Origin: Reclinomonas americana ATCC 50394
Lineage: Eukaryota
Reading direction: 5' to 3'
DNA: 36,975 nt
Assembly: GCA_048213135.1 (NCBI GenBank)
Contig: PS015250.1
Location: forward strand, 1 to 36,975
A program made the translations under genes and the position numbers. Position 1 is the first letter of the stretch, and each line of letters begins with the position of its first letter. This document shows positions 34,853-36,975 of the stretch, piece after piece. The notes below the pieces were generated by a model that did not search any database, had not been told where the DNA came from, and was given only the letters and a program-made list of their open reading frames with translations.

Positions 34853-34896
<44 letters not shown>
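34853..34896. repeat. (GA)n microsatellite near an intron 5' end, running into a gap
   Basis: Perfect GA run. Confidence 0.95.
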
Positions 34897-35440
34897 NNNN
34901 NNNNNNNNNNNNNNNNNNNNNNNNNNNNNNNNNNNNNNNNNNNNNNNNNNNNNNNNNNNNNNNNNNNNNNNNNNNNNNNNNNNNNNNNNNNNNNNNNNNN
35001 NNNNNNNNNNNNNNNNNNNNNNNNNNNNNNNNNNNNNNNNNNNNNNNNNNNNNNNNNNNNNNNNNNNNNNNNNNNNNNNNNNNNNNNNNNNNNNNNNNNN
35101 NNNNNNNNNNNNNNNNNNNNNNNNNNNNNNNNNNNNNNNNNNNNNNNNNNNNNNNNNNNNNNNNNNNNNNNNNNNNNNNNNNNNNNNNNNNNNNNNNNNN
35201 NNNNNNNNNNNNNNNNNNNNNNNNNNNNNNNNNNNNNNNNNNNNNNNNNNNNNNNNNNNNNNNNNNNNNNNNNNNNNNNNNNNNNNNNNNNNNNNNNNNN
35301 NNNNNNNNNNNNNNNNNNNNNNNNNNNNNNNNNNNNNNNNNNNCCCTCTCCCTCTCCTTACTCTCTCCCTCTCCCTCTCCCTCTCCCCTCTCTCTCCCCC
35401 CTCACACACACATGTCATCACTCCCGCCTCTCATCTGCAG

Positions 35441-36509
35441 GTACCTGCACACCCAATCGTTGGTGCGCGGCATTGCCATCACCCCCGATGGTCGGCACAT
35501 TATCAGCGCGGGTACCTATTTCGTGAACGAGGTCACCTTGCGCAAGTGGACGCTGGCGAGCTGTCGCGAGGTGCAGCTGTTGAGAGACTACCACGAGACA
35601 CTCCTTTCCGTCGCCGTGTCTGCCGACGGCCAGTATGTGGTTGGAGGTGGGGAATATGAAACGGAAGTGCGAGTGTGGTCACTGGCGAGTGGCGAGGAGG
35701 TGCTGCAGTTGACGGGGCACACAGGAGCGGTGAACGGTGTTGCCGTCACTCCCGATGGCCGGCACATTGTCAGCGGTGATAGCGATGCCATGGTGCGAGT
35801 GTGGTGCGCGACGAGTGGAGAGGAGGTATGGCAGCTCCAGGGTCATACCCGGGCAGTGTCGTCGGTTGCCGTCACTCCCGACAGCCAGTACATTGTGAGC
35901 GCGGGTGTTGATAGAGTCGTGAGGGTGTGGTCACTGGCGAGTGGAGAGGAGGTGCGTCGACTGGAGGGTCATACTGGGTGGGTGACCGCAGTTACTGTAA
36001 CGTGCGATGGTCAGCACGTGGTGAGCGGGGGTTCGGATGCGACCGTGCGAGTGTGGTCGCTGGCGAGTGGCGTGGGGGTACGGCAGCTCAAGGGTCATAC
36101 CCGAGCTGTGTCGTCGGTTGCCGTCACTCCCGACAGCCGACGCATCGTGAGTGGAGGCTTGGACAACACAGTGCGACTGTGGTCACTGGCGAGTGGTGAT
36201 GAGTTGCGACAGCTGGAGGGATACGTCAATATGGTGTACGCCGTTGCAGTGTCTCCCGACGGTCAGCACATTGTGAGCGGCAGTGCGGATTCGATAGTGC
36301 GCGTGTGGTCGTCGCCGTGGGGCCTCGCTCGCTGTGAGGTGGAGTGCGCGCGTGAGGCGATGCTCGCCGTGCAGGGGATGAATGGGGTAGGAGAAGAGGG
36401 GATGATGGACTCTCGCTGCCTGCCGGAGATGGTGTTGCGGTGTTTCCTGGTGGAGGATACAGAGGCCATTCAATATCGATGCTCTCTTGACGATGCAATG
36501 CGTATGTGA
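35441..36509 (+). CDS. Terminal exon encoding a full 7-bladed WD40 propeller with highly similar repeats plus a ~65-aa tail
   Basis: Acceptor ctctcatctgcag, phase 2; seven ~42-aa repeats GHTxxVxxVAVTPDxxxIVSGxxDxxVRVWSLASGEEV; TGA 36509. Confidence 0.92.
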
Positions 36510-36725
36510 GAGGAAGGCGTGAAGTAAAATGGCATTCTTTCATCGCTGTGAGCTACACAGTCTAGAGCTGCGCGTATTCAAAAGCAAAGAAGCGCAGTGA
36601 ATGTGAAGACTCTCCTGACACGAGTGTGGAATTCACCTGTCCACTGCAGTCGACAGCACATCACTCCCACATCTAATCTAATCACTACGCACGCGAATGT
36701 CATCAGTCCCCCCTCTCATCTGCAG

Positions 36726-36975
36726 GCGCCTCCTTGGTCAAGTGTCGGATGTGCGCTGCGTTGCCATCACTCCCGACGGCCGACACATTGTGAGCGGAGG
36801 TCGCGAGAGAACTTGGCAAATCTGGTCACTGGCGAGAGGCGAAGAGGTGCGACGGTTCACTGGGCATGTTGGAGGCGCCTGGTCTGTCGCCATCACCCCC
36901 GATGGTGAGCACATTGTCAGCGGTGGATTTGACAGATCGGTGCGCGTGTGGTCACTGGCGAGTGGAGAACAAGTG
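36726..36975 (+). CDS. Second paralogous WD40 exon, running off the window end
   Basis: Same acceptor context and phase 2; open frame RLLGQVSDVRCVAITPDGRHIVSGG...GHVGGAWSVAITPDGEHIVSGGFDRSVRVWSLASGEQV. Confidence 0.85.

Noticed and set aside
36310-36509. SOCS-box or F-box-like motif (LPEMVLRCFL) in the WD40 tail
   Set aside because: Only a few residues match; cannot be supported without a profile search.
1-36975. Stop-codon reassignment as the cause of fragmented ORFs
   Set aside because: Every interruption examined in intact genes is resolved by a short intron with compatible phase; no in-exon stops were needed.

Overview
Gene-dense, intron-rich eukaryotic (protist-like) scaffold with nine N-gaps. 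Most introns are short (about 55-90 nt) GT-AG, so the ORF track shows only exon fragments; gene models below were spliced by eye and their boundaries are inferred. Contents in order: (1) a tandem family of secreted adhesin-like genes (decayed 3' copy, intact copy, 5' stub). The intact copy has two 6-bladed NHL propellers, each apparently inserted inside an FN3-like domain, four cadherin-like domains, an IPT-like domain and two PAN/Apple domains. (2) An oxysterol-binding protein. (3) The last exon of BRICK1. (4) U1-70K. (5) An ~11-kb TmcB/TmcC-like multipass membrane gene with three FixL-type His-PAS domains and a degenerate class III cyclase, two exons of which lie on a flipped contig. (6) An RWDD2-like gene with a complex intronic repeat. 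(7) A small K+-channel gene not visible in the ORF track, with the variant filter TGVGYGD split by an intron. (8) An N-acylated WD40 gene followed by two paralogous same-phase WD40 exons. A recurrent 5' splice-site class GTTGCG(T)/GTTGAGT occurs across the window. I saw no RNA genes, CRISPR arrays or clear mobile elements.
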